Notes under the pieces: model-generated
Databases searched by the model: none
Seen by the model: the letters and a program-made list of their open reading frames with translations, nothing else
Told to the model about the DNA's origin: nothing
Program-made: the position numbers and the translations under genes
Part shown: in pieces, positions 1 through 12,593 of the stretch
Position numbering within the stretch: position 1 is the stretch's first letter
Layout of the letters: every line of letters begins with the position of its first letter
NCBI RefSeq assembly: GCF_006345805.1
Contig: NW_021832352.1
Location: 1-30,242, forward strand
Source of the DNA: Octopus sinensis
Lineage: Eukaryota
Direction: 5' to 3'
Length of the DNA stretch: 30,242 bases

Positions 1-1010
1 CCTGTTATGCCGGTCTGAGTAATTTGTGACATATCACTCGGTGGTCGACTTTGTCAAAGGCCTTCGCAAAGTCGAGATATACCACATCCACCTGTGAGCG
101 ATCCAGTAGTTGTTTCAGTACCCAGTCGTAGTGTTGTAACAGCTGCGTAAGGCAGCTTCTTCCTGGGCGAAAGCCATGCTGTGTGTCAGTGAGACGGTTA
201 GTTTCTTCGAGGAACGTGATCAGTTTTTTTCTGACGATTCGTTCCATGACCTTACTTATGTGTGACGTCAGGGAGACTGGCCTGTAGTTTTTGGCCTCTG
301 CTCTACTCCCTCCTTTGTGGATAGGGCATATGGTGCCTTCTTTTAGCGCCCTGGGCAGTTTACCGTTAGCCAAGGAACCACTGAAGAGCTTCTTCAGTGG
401 TCCCGCTAGGGCATGCCTGCATGTTTTTAGGAGGACTGCTGGGAATCCATCTGGTCCAGCAGCTGAGTTTATTCTCATTTCTTCTATGGCAGATATTACA
501 TCCCTCTCTGTTATGTCTATGTGGTCGATGGTTGTTGTTTGGTTTTGGAGTGTTGTGGCATCAAAGAAAACTTCTGGGTTTGTGATTTGCATGTGTGCCC
601 CAGAGGGAATGTGAACACACTTTTATACTGTTCCTTTAGTATTTCACTTATCCCTTGGGGGTCCTCAGTTAGTGAGCCCTTTTTATATCAAAGAGTGGGC
701 CAATCTTGCAGTGTACCGAGGTGGTTTCTTTCGCAAATTTAAAGAAGGCTTTAGGGTTTGTTTTAATATTCTCTATGGCCCTGGCTTCTCTCTCTGCCCT
801 CTCCTTCTCATAGGAAAGTTTGAGTGCAGTTTCCGTTTCAAAAAGTTTCAGGTGGAGTCCCTCATTGTTTCTCTGCCGTGCATTCAGTTGCTTCGAGAGC
901 TTAGCTCTTCGCCTCATAAGTATTTTCCTGTCTCTGGGAATAACGTTCCATGCCCGCTGACTTTATTCTCCGGGACAAACTTATGGCATATGTTCTGTAT
1001 TGTTGTCATG
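1..1010 (-). mobile_element. CR1/L2-group non-LTR retrotransposon ORF2 fragment (linker + N-terminal RT), 5'-truncated, runs off window start
   Basis: ORF 5..592 has AAGPDG, CPIHKGG, KNYRPVSLTS, QHGFRPGRSC and VYLDFAKAFDKVDH. ORF 669..917 (IENIKTNPKAFFKFAK) aligns with the linker of the element at 25983-29740 but is a more diverged subfamily. The ORF is frameshifted. Confidence 0.9.
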
Positions 1011-1011
1011 A

Positions 1012-1078
1012 AATATATATATATATATTAATACATATATATACTATATATATATATATATATATATAAATATATATA

Positions 1079-1130
<52 letters not shown>

Positions 1131-1230
1131 CAATATATATATATACATATACATATATATACTATACATATATATATCATATATATATATATACATATAT
1201 ATATATACATATAAATATATATATACATAT

Positions 1231-1269
<39 letters not shown>

Positions 1270-1323
1270 ATAAATATACATACTATATATATATACATAC
1301 ATATATATAATAAAACATATATC

Positions 1324-1359
<36 letters not shown>

Positions 1360-1954
1360 CATATACATACATATATATATTACATATATATTGCATATAT
1401 ACATATATATACTATATACATATATATATATATATATACATATATATATACATATATACATATAATATATATATACATATATACATATATATACATATAT
1501 ATATATCCACATATATATATATATAATATATATATGATACATATATATAATATACATATATATATAAGAATATATATATACATATATACATATACATATA
1601 CAATATATATATACATATATATACATATATACATATATATATATACATATACAGATATAATACATATATACAATATATATATATACATATATATACAATA
1701 TATATACATATATATATATAGACATCTATATATATATATAAATATATATATATACTATATATATATATATAGATACATATATATATATACATATATATAT
1801 ATATACATATAAATATATATACATATATATATATATACATATAAATATAGTATACATATATATATTATACATATATATATACATATATATTATATACATA
1901 TATATACATATACAATATATATACATATACATATATATATACATATATATATAC

Positions 1955-1987
<33 letters not shown>

Positions 1988-2247
1988 CATATATATATAT
2001 ACATAAATATATACATATATATATATATACATATATATATACATATATATATAAATACATACATATATATATATATGCATGTATATAATATATACATATA
2101 TATATATTATATACATATATATATATACATATATATATATAATATATATATATATATACAAATATATATAAGATATATATACATATATATATACATATTA
2201 TTTATATATATATATACATATATATATATACATCTATATATATACAT

Positions 2248-2297
<50 letters not shown>

Positions 2298-2666
2298 CAT
2301 TATATATATACATATATATACATATATACATATATATATATATACATATATATATATAATACCTATATATATATATATACAAATATATATATACATATAT
2401 ATATATACATATATACATATATATATATATAACTATATATTATACCTCTATATATATACATATATATATATATACATATTATATATATACATATATATAT
2501 ATACATATATATACATTATATATACATATATATATCTACATATATATACATATATATATACATATATATATATATACATATATATATACATATATATATA
2601 CATATATATCTTTATATATATACATATATATATACATATATATATATATATCACATAGATATATAC

Positions 2667-2700
<34 letters not shown>
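1012..2700. repeat. (TA)n/(TATACA)-type low-complexity microsatellite
   Basis: Direct reading: alternating TA with scattered CA. Confidence 0.98.
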
Positions 2701-2701
<1 letters not shown>

Positions 2702-2825
2702 ATCAAAATATAGGAACAGCCATAATAGCTGTTCAACCTACTAGAATAGCAGCCAAGGCTTAAACCGCAAACAAGTATTAATTCCAAAAACAGGAGAAAA
2801 TTTTAAAAAAACATTTACCCTGATG

Positions 2826-2930
2826 TACTTTATACGATGCATCGTTTCATCTGTTTTTTAATGGTAAATCAGCCCGATTAAATTAAATCAAGCTAATCCT
2901 CCATAAGCCAACAAATTCTTCAGTAAAGTA
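2826..2930 (-). ncRNA. Type I hammerhead ribozyme motif (GUA site)
   Basis: Reverse-complement copy of the 3404-3508 motif with core and helices intact. Confidence 0.85.
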
Positions 2931-3403
2931 AGCCAGATTAGCGAGATATTTACGAGGTAGTATCACTACAATTTTAGGCAATATCTGACCTAAAATTTTT
3001 GAAATCAGCGTATTCGCGCCAAATTTATCGGCAGCAAATCAAAGCTGCCGATTCCATTTCGGAATTAAACAGAAAATTCATAATTATTCAATATAGGGTA
3101 GCAAAAAAAATTCAGCAGAAATTATTTGCCACCAGCGGTCTAGTAGGAAAAATAGATAGTCAGAGACTATTAATACATTCAACATCAAAATATAGGAACA
3201 GCCATAATAGGCTGTTCAACCTACTAGAAATAGCAGCCAAGGCTTTAATAATTATGAATTTTCTGTCTAATTCCGAAATGGAATCGGCAGCTTTGATTTG
3301 CTGCCGATAAATTTGGCGCGAATACGCTGATTTCAAAAATTTTAGGTCAGATATTACCGGGGCAGCAGTGATACTACCTCGTAAATATCTCGCTAATCTG
3401 GCT

Positions 3404-3508
3404 TACTTTACTGAAGAATTTGTTGGCTTATGGAGGATTAGCTTGATTTAATTTAATCGGGCTGATTTACCATTAAAAAACAGATGAAACGATGCATCGT
3501 ATAAAGTA
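3404..3508 (+). ncRNA. Type I hammerhead ribozyme motif (predicted cleavage after A3501)
   Basis: Helix I TACTTTA/TAAAGTA (7 bp). CTGAAGA at 3411-3417. Helix II ATTTGTT/AACAGAT. GAAAC at 3486-3490. Helix III is the 12-nt palindrome ACGATGCATCGT, followed by GTA. Confidence 0.88.
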
Positions 3509-3744
3509 CATCAGGGTAAATGTTTTTTTTTAAATTTTCTCCTGGTTTTTGGAATTAATACTTGTTTGCGGTTTAAGCCTTGGCTGCTATTTCTAGTAGG
3601 TTGAACAGCCTATTATGGCTGTTCCTATATTTTGATGTTGAATGTATTAATAGTCTCTGACTATCTATTTTTCCTACTAGACCGCTGGTGGCAAATAATT
3701 TCTGCTGAATTTTTTTTGCTACCCTATATTGAATAATTATTAAA

Positions 3745-3775
<31 letters not shown>

Positions 3776-3950
3776 TATTACATATATATATATATATACA
3801 TATATATACATATTATATATACATATATATATATACATATATATATATACCATATTTATATACATATATATATATATATACATATATATATACATATAAT
3901 ATAACACATATATATATATACATATATATTATATACATATATATATATAC
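3745..3950. repeat. TA-rich microsatellite
   Basis: Direct reading. Confidence 0.97.
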
Positions 3951-4184
3951 ATATTGTTATATTTCGGAATGGTCATATTGCCAGTTTAGCCAATAAAAAC
4001 ACACGCACTATATATTTGGTGTTATTTTGCTTCAGTGATATTTATTTTTTACATTAATCTTAATCTTATTTCGGCCAAAGTTCTTTCGTCACACTCCTGT
4101 GACCGCATCAGTGGTCCTTTGTTTTCTTCTCACTTACGGACTTGGCTAAACTGGCAATATGACCATTCCGAAATATAACAATAT
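3951..4184. mobile_element. Short foldback insert: minus-sense family copy with a 43-bp inverted duplicate of its 3' end
   Basis: 3951-3993 and 4142-4184 are a perfect inverted repeat. About 3952-4130 is the reverse complement of about 22290-22467. Confidence 0.8.
4073..4117 (-). ncRNA. Hammerhead-like motif with variant core (CUGAUGCG)
   Basis: Minus strand reads GGACCA-CTGATGCG-GTCAC-AGGAGT-GTGAC-GAAAG-AA-CTT-TGGCC. The A9 position is non-canonical and the site is CUU. Confidence 0.4.
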
Positions 4185-4231
4185 CTGTTTCAACACACGA
4201 CTTCACATAAAAAATCTTGCACAACAAATAT

Positions 4232-4276
4232 TTAAACGTACTATATATACATATATATACATATATATATATATAC

Positions 4277-4307
<31 letters not shown>

Positions 4308-4446
4308 CATGTATATATACATAGATATATACATATATATATATATATATATAAATATACACATATATATGTGTACATATATATATATACATATATATAT
4401 ACATATATATACATATATATACATATATATATACATATGAATATAC

Positions 4447-4493
<47 letters not shown>

Positions 4494-4494
4494 C

Positions 4495-4568
<74 letters not shown>
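4232..4568. repeat. TA-rich microsatellite
   Basis: Direct reading. Confidence 0.97.
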
Positions 4569-5376
4569 TACTAAGCAATTAAGGGTTTAGCAACGAATTG
4601 CCTCACCACACACCGAATTTAGAAATAGCAGTCAAGAGTTATAGCTATTCTTCTACTAAAAGGGAGATCTCAGTAAAAACACCACTTGAAAGGCAAACAC
4701 AGACAGGTAAGAGAGAATGAAATGACGGCAATCTATCATACAATTTTAAGTCACCTACGGACGTACGTTTCGAAATCAAGTTTTAGGAAAGCATAAGAAT
4801 TAGAAAATTCTACCTTACCCAAACTTCTTTTCTCATCAGCGTAGGATACTACAATTATGAATAATTGTATATTAAATTTTGCGATACTAGAAGGCATCAT
4901 CTCAACTCAGTGTCAGAGCGAGCCAAAGCATTACCAGTACCACGAAATTCAAAGTGTGAATGAAAGCTTGTGTCACCAGCCCCTTTCCACCCGCGTGTAG
5001 CCAAGACAAGATGCTGTGGTCATTTACTGGGATAAAATATGGTTATCAGTAACAATAAAGGGTAAATTAATTATTTGGAATAATTATCAATTACACCAAG
5101 TAGATTTCGGCATGTAAAAGCCTCATTCGAGGAAAATTTAAGTAATACTAAGCAATTAAGGGTTTAGCAACGAATTGCCTCACCACACACCGAATTTAGA
5201 AATAGCAGTCAAAGAGTTATAGCTATTCCTTCTACTAAAAGGGAGATCTCAGTAAAAACACAGCACTTGAAAGGCAAACACAGACAGGTAAGAGAGAATG
5301 AAATGACGGCAATCTATCATACAATTTTAAGTCACCTACGGACGTACGTTTCGAAATCAAGTTTTAGGAAAGCATA
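4569..5376 (-). mobile_element. Non-coding ~580-nt HHR-bearing unit, 1.4 tandem copies (pseudo-LTR-like direct repeats 4569-4795 and 5146-5376)
   Basis: TACTAAGCAATTAAGGG...AGGAAAGCATA occurs twice, period 577-581. No meaningful ORF. TA tracts on both sides. Confidence 0.85.
4754..4845 (-). ncRNA. Type I hammerhead ribozyme motif (GUC site)
   Basis: Minus strand: helix I CCTACG/CGTAGG, CTGATGA, helix II GAAA/TTTC extended by AAGTTT/AAACTT, GAAAC-GTAC-GTC (ACGTACGT palindrome). Confidence 0.9.
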
Positions 5377-5422
5377 TATATATATACATATATATATACA
5401 TATATATATAAATATATATAAA

Positions 5423-5582
5423 CATCTCTTCTTTCAGCGCCATCTTCGTTGTTTATTCCATTCTCCTCCTCCAAAATATGCCCCCTCGTATCATATATCA
5501 TACCGTATGCACATGCAAAATTTCAGCTAGATCAAACAACTGCAAGTGGGTCAGAGGCATTACTAATTGAACGTCCCTCGTA
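5423..5582 (-). mobile_element. Mariner-like DNA transposon terminal fragment
   Basis: Minus strand starts TA-CGAGGGACGTTCAATTAGTAATGCC, resembling mariner-type TIRs from memory. No second TIR or transposase in the window. The first ~88 bp on plus are nearly identical to the start of the satellite at 12678. Confidence 0.5.
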
Positions 5583-5670
5583 CATATATACATACATATA
5601 TATATATACATACATATATATATATATACATACATATATATATATATACATACTATATATATATATATAT

Positions 5671-5738
<68 letters not shown>

Positions 5739-5770
5739 CATATATATATATACATATATATATACATATA
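5583..5770. repeat. TA-rich microsatellite
   Basis: Direct reading. Confidence 0.97.
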
Positions 5771-6762
5771 TAAATCCTTAAATCCTTAAAAATGTTTTAG
5801 CCCGAAGGCCGCGGCCATGCTGGGGCACCACCGCTGAATGAGCTACACTAATTTGAGAATCCACCTCTGGTACGTGGCACTTGATCAACAAGGGAGTTCG
5901 ATGCTGCTGCCCGCATCCGCGTCTCCTGTCGTGAGGTAGGTTCATCTGGGACTCCCAACAAGAAGAGATCCAGTTTAGTTTTAAAGAAACCCACATCCAC
6001 ACCATGTAAGTCTCTGAGGCATTTAGGGAGGATGTTAAAGAGCTGTGGTCCTATGAAACCCAAGCTGTTGCAGTATCTGGACCTGTATTTTGATGGTGAT
6101 CTTGGAATCCTTGGCACCACGCAGCGGCGCCCCGTTCTGCGGTTGGAGTAACTTGAATGCCAAAGTTTGGGACAAGACCCTCCAGGATTTTCCAGATGTA
6201 TATCACTGCATATCTCTCCCGCCTCCGCTCCAGGGAGAAGAGGTTTAATACCTTCAGTCTTTCCCAGTAGCTGACATTTTGCATTGAGACGATTTTCTTT
6301 GTGTAGCTTCTCTGAGTTGCTTCGAGTTCTGCTGTTTGTTTTTTATATTGTGTGGTGACCAAAGTTGGGAGCAGTAGTCCAAGCGGCTGAGGACAAATGT
6401 TTTCCATAGGACCATCAGTGTCTCCTTCTCTCTTGTCTGAAAGTTCGGAGAATCCATCCAGCTAGCCGTCTGCATTTTATCACCAGATTAGCAATATGCA
6501 TTTAGAAAGATGCATCATTGCTCATGTCAATGCCCAGGTCACGCACTGATTTTGACTCAGGGATTGCAATTCTTCCTGGGCCAGTGTATCCAGTCTTCAC
6601 GTCATTTACCTTTGTGTGCCAGTAACGCAGGGCCTGGAACTTACCTGCATTAAACTTCACGTTGTCCTCAGCCCAAATGTATATTGTGTCCAGCTCATGT
6701 TGCAGATGCGCAATATTTTCAGGGTTTTGTATTGCGTGGGAGACTTTTGTGTCATCTGCATA
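5771..6762 (-). mobile_element. CR1/L2-group LINE, 5'-truncated 3' fragment with intact 3' tail
   Basis: [30 protein letters not shown] and SLERRRERY. About 93% identical to 25983-26910 over a 180-nt stretch compared by eye. Ends in (AAGGATTT)2 on minus. Confidence 0.93.
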
Positions 6763-6782
6763 TATATACAATATATATGTAC

Positions 6783-6815
<33 letters not shown>

Positions 6816-7045
6816 CATATATATATACAATATATATATATATATACATATATATATTACATATATATATACATACATATATATATATACATACATATAT
6901 ATATATATATTATATATATATATATACATATATATATATACATATATATATACATTATATATATACATATACATATACATATATATATATATACAAATAT
7001 ATATATATTATATACATATATATATATATACATATATACATATAT

Positions 7046-7090
<45 letters not shown>

Positions 7091-7221
7091 TACATATATA
7101 TACATATATATATACATATATTTATATTACATATATATATATATATAATATATATATATATTATATATATATATATATATACTATATATATATATAAAAT
7201 ATATAATATACATATATATAT
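6763..7221. repeat. TA-rich microsatellite
   Basis: Direct reading. Confidence 0.97.
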
Positions 7222-7772
7222 TTGTTGAAATGGATGGAAAGATGAATTTTCTTGTTACAGATTATTCAAAAGTTTAACCGATACCTGGGTAGCCAAAATC
7301 ACAGCAGAGAAAAACACGGTTGGAGATGAGACCATTTCGTGTTGCAACCGTGCGTTGGTGCGGATAATTGAAGTTTAATATAATTAGTGAATGGAAGAAA
7401 TGGAGTTGAACGAAGATTGTACAGAATTCATTTTATTACATTCTACACATGTTTCAAAGGCCACAATTTTCCAAATTCTGATTAAATAAGGATACCATGT
7501 TGCAGCTTTCTCTTCAGGAAAAAGCAGGAATTACGTTGACCGAACAAAACAAAACAGAGGCGCAGCAAAGCAAATTTGCTCGTTCGAATTTGCTTTGCTG
7601 CGCCTCTATTTTGTTTTGTTCGGTCAACGTAATCCTGCTTTTTCCTGAATATGGTATCCTTATTTAATCAGAATTTGGAAAATTGTGGGCTTTCAAACAT
7701 GTGTAGTATGTAATAGAAGGAATTCTGTACAATCTTCGTTGAACTCCATTTCTTCCATTCACTAATTATATT
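7222..7772. mobile_element. Non-coding insert whose right 400 bp form a long palindrome (arms ~7377-7575 and 7586-7772, 10-nt loop TGCTCGTTCG)
   Basis: Arms are reverse complements (TAATTAGTGAATGGAAGAAATGGAG.../...CTCCATTTCTTCCATTCACTAATTA) apart from a 13-nt indel and a few substitutions. Confidence 0.85.
7441..7520 (-). ncRNA. Degenerate hammerhead motif
   Basis: Minus strand reads TTC-CTGAAGA-GAAAGC...GCCTTT-GAAAC-ATGT-GTA-GAA. Helix I is only 3 bp and helix II is damaged. Confidence 0.55.
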
Positions 7773-7803
7773 ATACATATATATATATATATATATATAT
7801 ATC

Positions 7804-7870
<67 letters not shown>

Positions 7871-8046
7871 GATATATATATACATATACATATATATATA
7901 CATATATATATCATATTACATATATATACATATATACATATACATATATACATATATACATATTATACATATATACATATATATACATATATACATATAT
8001 ATACATATATATATACATATTATATATATATATATATATATAATAA

Positions 8047-8079
<33 letters not shown>

Positions 8080-8553
8080 CATATATATATACATATATAT
8101 ATACATATAAATATATATATACATATATATATATACATATAAATATATAATATACATATATATATATATACAAATATATATATATATACATATATATATA
8201 CATATATATATACACATTATATATCATATATATATATACATATACATATATATATATACATATACATATATATATACATATACATATATATATACATATA
8301 TATATATACATATACATATATATAATACATATATATATATACATATACTATATATATACATATATATATACATATATATATACATATATATAATACATAT
8401 ATATATGTATATAATACATATATATATATATACTATATATATGTTATATATATATATATACATATATATAAATATATTATCATATATATATATATCATAC
8501 ATATATTTATATATATATATATATATATACATATATATACATATATATAATAT
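7773..8553. repeat. TA-rich microsatellite
   Basis: Direct reading. Confidence 0.97.
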
Positions 8554-8704
8554 AAAATAAATATAAGAGAGTGGTCACTATATGGCTCACTCTAGCACCA
8601 GTTAATCCAAAAGGTTTCAACCACGAAAATACATGTTTCCCATGAAAGTCAGTACGATGTTAGCTCACACGGACAGGGCAAATAAAATAACAAAATACAG
8701 ATTA

Positions 8705-8786
8705 TTTTGGGACAATTGTTTCGCTATTAATGAATTAATGTAATTTTACTTACAAAAAAAATCCATTTGTAGCTCGTCAGCCAAAA
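8705..8786 (-). ncRNA. Type I hammerhead ribozyme motif (GUC)
   Basis: Reverse-complement copy of the 10026-10106 motif, core intact. Confidence 0.88.
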
Positions 8787-9238
8787 CTATCTGGATGAAA
8801 TCCACTCAATCACACGCCAGATTTTACCATAACGATAAATACGCGTGTGGTTCAATTGATTACATCCGACGTTATAATTCAAATGCCCCAACTAACAGCG
8901 CGCCAAACTTTCACGGAAAACAAATACAGCATTTAGAAATAAATGCAGCATAATTATAATTAATTAATAAGGGTGAGAGAATTAGATACTAATTTAATAG
9001 TATATCCATTCAACACCAAGTGGCCTAGTGCTCCGAGAAACCTGGATTATTATAATATTTTATAACATATTATAATATTTTTACAAAATAAATATAAGAG
9101 AGTGGTCACTATATGGCTCACTCTAGCACCAGTTAATCCAAAAGGTTTCAACCACGAAAATACATGTTTCCCATGAAAGTCAGTACGATTGTTAGCTCAC
9201 ACGGACAGGGCAAATAAAAAATAACAAAATACAGATTA

Positions 9239-9321
9239 TTTTGGGACAATTGTTTCGCTATTAATGAATTAAATGTAATTTTACTTACAAAAAAAATCCA
9301 TTTGTAGCTCGTCAGCCAAAA
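9239..9321 (-). ncRNA. Type I hammerhead ribozyme motif (GUC)
   Basis: Reverse-complement copy of the 10026-10106 motif, core intact. Confidence 0.88.
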
Positions 9322-10025
9322 CTATCTGGATGAAATCCACTCAATCACACGCCAGATTTTACCATAACGATAAATACGCGTGTGGTTCAATTGATTACAT
9401 CCGACGTTATAATTCAAATGCCCCAACCAACAGCGCGCCAAACTTTCACGGAAAACAAAGACCTGCATTTAGAAATAAATGTAGCATAATTATAATTAAT
9501 TACTAAGGGTGAGAGAATTAGATACTAATTTAATAGTATATCTATTCAACACCAAGTGGCCTAGTGCTCCGAGAAACCTGGATTATTATAATATTTTATA
9601 ATATATTATAATATTTTTACAAAATAAATATAAGAGAGTGGTCACTATATGGCTCACTCTAGCACCAGTTATCCAAAAGGTTCAACCACAGAGTGAGCCA
9701 TATAGTGACCACTCTCTTATATTTATTTTGTAAAAATATTATAATATATTATAAAAATTATAATAATCCAGGTTTCTCGGAGCACTAGGCCACTTGGTGT
9801 TGAATAGATATACTATTAAATTAGTATCTAATTCTCTCACCCTTATTAATTAATTATAATTATGCTACATTATTTCTAAATGCAGTCTTTGTTTTCCGTG
9901 AAAGTTTGGCGCGCTGTTGGTTGGGGCATTTGAATTATAACGTCGGATGTAATCAATTGAACCACACGCGTATTTATCGTTATGGTAAAATCTGGCGTGT
10001 GATTGAGTGTATTTCATCCAGATAG

Positions 10026-10106
10026 TTTTGGCTGACGAGCTACAAGTGGATTTTTTGTAAGTAAAATTACATTTAATTCATTAATAGCGAAACAATTGTC
10101 CCAAAA
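10026..10106 (+). ncRNA. Type I hammerhead ribozyme motif (predicted cleavage after C10100)
   Basis: Helix I TTTTGG/CCAAAA, extendable by CAGAT/ATCTG. CTGACGA at 10032-10038. Helix II GCTA/TAGC. GAAAC-AATT-GTC (ACAATTGT palindrome). Confidence 0.9.
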
Positions 10107-10256
10107 TAATCTGTATTTTGTTATTTTTATTTGCCCTGTCCGTGTGAGCTAACAATCGTACTGACTTTCATGGAAACATGTATTTTTGTGGTTGAAACCT
10201 TTTGGATTAACTGGTGCTAGAGTGAGCCATATAGTGACCACTCTCTTATATTTATT

Positions 10257-10535
10257 ATGCTGGCTACGCTGCATTGAAAAGGGGCAATACCCCGAAACGC
10301 GTCTGTAGCTGCCGGTCAAGTAGTGTGGAGCGACTGACCTCCCTTGTTCGAAGGTTATATGGATACAGTTTGTGTATCAAATAGCTAACTTGAGGCGATG
10401 GCCTCATGGAGCTAATAAGCGGACAGCTTTTTTCTTATTTTTATAAGAATGCCATATTAGTATGGCGATAACTATTATTTTCCGGGAACGCTGCCGCTGT
10501 TCTCTTTTAGAGAGACTTAGTTATTTTAATATTTC
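10257..10535 (+). mobile_element. Second short non-coding unit fused to the 3' end of the 530-nt unit, with a degenerate hammerhead at 10263-10309
   Basis: GCTACG-CTGCATTGAAAA-GGGG-CAATA-CCCC-GAAAC-GC-GTC-TGTAGC. All three helices and GAAAC/GTC are present, but the CUGANGA box is disrupted. Confidence 0.55.
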
Positions 10536-10951
10536 TATTATATATATGCATATATATATATAATATATATATCATATATATATATATATATATAGATAGA
10601 TATATAATATATATAATATACATATATAAACATATAATATAGAGATAACATATATAGTATAATAATATATATATACATTATATAAACAATACATATAGAG
10701 AGTATACAATATATATATATACTATATACATATATATATATAGACATATATATATACGTGTAGTTATATATAACATATAAATAGACATATATATATACTA
10801 TTTATATATATACATAATATACATATATATATAGACATAGATATATATATAAACACATATATATATATATAATATATATATACCATATATATATATATGT
10901 ACATATATAATACATATGTATATATACATAGATATACATATATATTATACA

Positions 10952-10983
<32 letters not shown>

Positions 10984-11018
10984 CATATACATATTATATA
11001 CATATACATATATAATAC

Positions 11019-11049
<31 letters not shown>

Positions 11050-12475
11050 GACATATAAATATATATACATATATATATATACACATATATATATATATAT
11101 ATATAACATATATATGTATATTACATACATATATATATATATCGATACTATATATATACATACATATATATATATATATACATATAGATATATATATACA
11201 TATAGATATATATACATATCTATATATACATATACATATTACATATACATATATAATATACATATTATACATATATACATATATATACATATCTTACATA
11301 TTATATATTATATATATATATATCCAGATAAATATATTTATTTTTTTTTATATATATATACATATATATTAATAATATATATATTACATATAATTATAGA
11401 TATACATATAATATATATTATAATACATATATATATAATATAGAATATCTATATATATATATCATATATATATACATTATATATATATACATACAAATAT
11501 ATATAATATCACATAATACATATATATACATATACTATAACATATATTATAACACAATATACCTATACATATAGATATACATATATCCATATATACATAT
11601 ATACATATATATATTATACATATATATAGATATACATATATATATTATATATAAAGATATTAATATCTCACTATAATATACAGATATATATATACATTAT
11701 ATATATATAACAATATATATACATATATATACATATATAGATATATACACATATATATATATACAAATATATATATATATATATACATATCTATATATAT
11801 ATATTATATATATATATAATACATATATATATATATACATAATATATATACAGATATATATATATATACATATATATATACATATTATATATATACATAT
11901 ATATAATACAATATCTAATATACATATAAAAGATATACATAATATATTAATATATATATACATATATATATACATATATATATGGAAATATATACGTATA
12001 TATATACAGATATATGTTATACATATATATAATACATGTATATATACATATATATATACATATATACATATATACATATAAATATACATATATATATACA
12101 TATATATAGATATATATACATAATATACATATATATATACAAAGATAGATATATACATATAATATACATATAATATATACATATATATATATATATACAT
12201 ATATATATACATATATATATATACATATTATATATACATATATATATATACATACATATATATACATATATAATATATATATATATATAAAAATATACAT
12301 ATATATATATACATATATATATATACATATATATATATACATATATATACATATAAATATATATATATTATAAATATATATATATAATATATTATATTAT
12401 TAAATATATATAATACATATATATATACACAGATATATATATACACATACATATTATATATATATATATATATAC

Positions 12476-12515
<40 letters not shown>

Positions 12516-12535
12516 TATAATACATATATATATAG

Positions 12536-12593
<58 letters not shown>

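Larger units (their letters stand above)
2701..3740. mobile_element. Non-coding ~485-nt HHR-bearing unit, ~1.1 copies on minus (2701-3244) joined head-to-head to 1.0 copy on plus (3247-3740)
   Basis: CATCAAAATATAGGAACAGCC recurs at 2701 and 3183 (period ~482). AATAATTAT at 3247 and 3732 bounds one monomer (period 485). 3247-3740 is the reverse complement of a permutation of the left part. TA tracts flank both sides. Confidence 0.85.
8554..10256. mobile_element. Non-coding ~530-nt HHR-bearing unit: ~2.1 tandem copies on minus (8554-9689) joined head-to-head to ~1.07 copy on plus (9690-10256)
   Basis: AAAATAAATATAAGAGAGTGG starts at 8554, 9085 and 9621. The inverted copy has AGAGTGAGCC at 9690 and 10219 (period 529). 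Confidence 0.9.
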
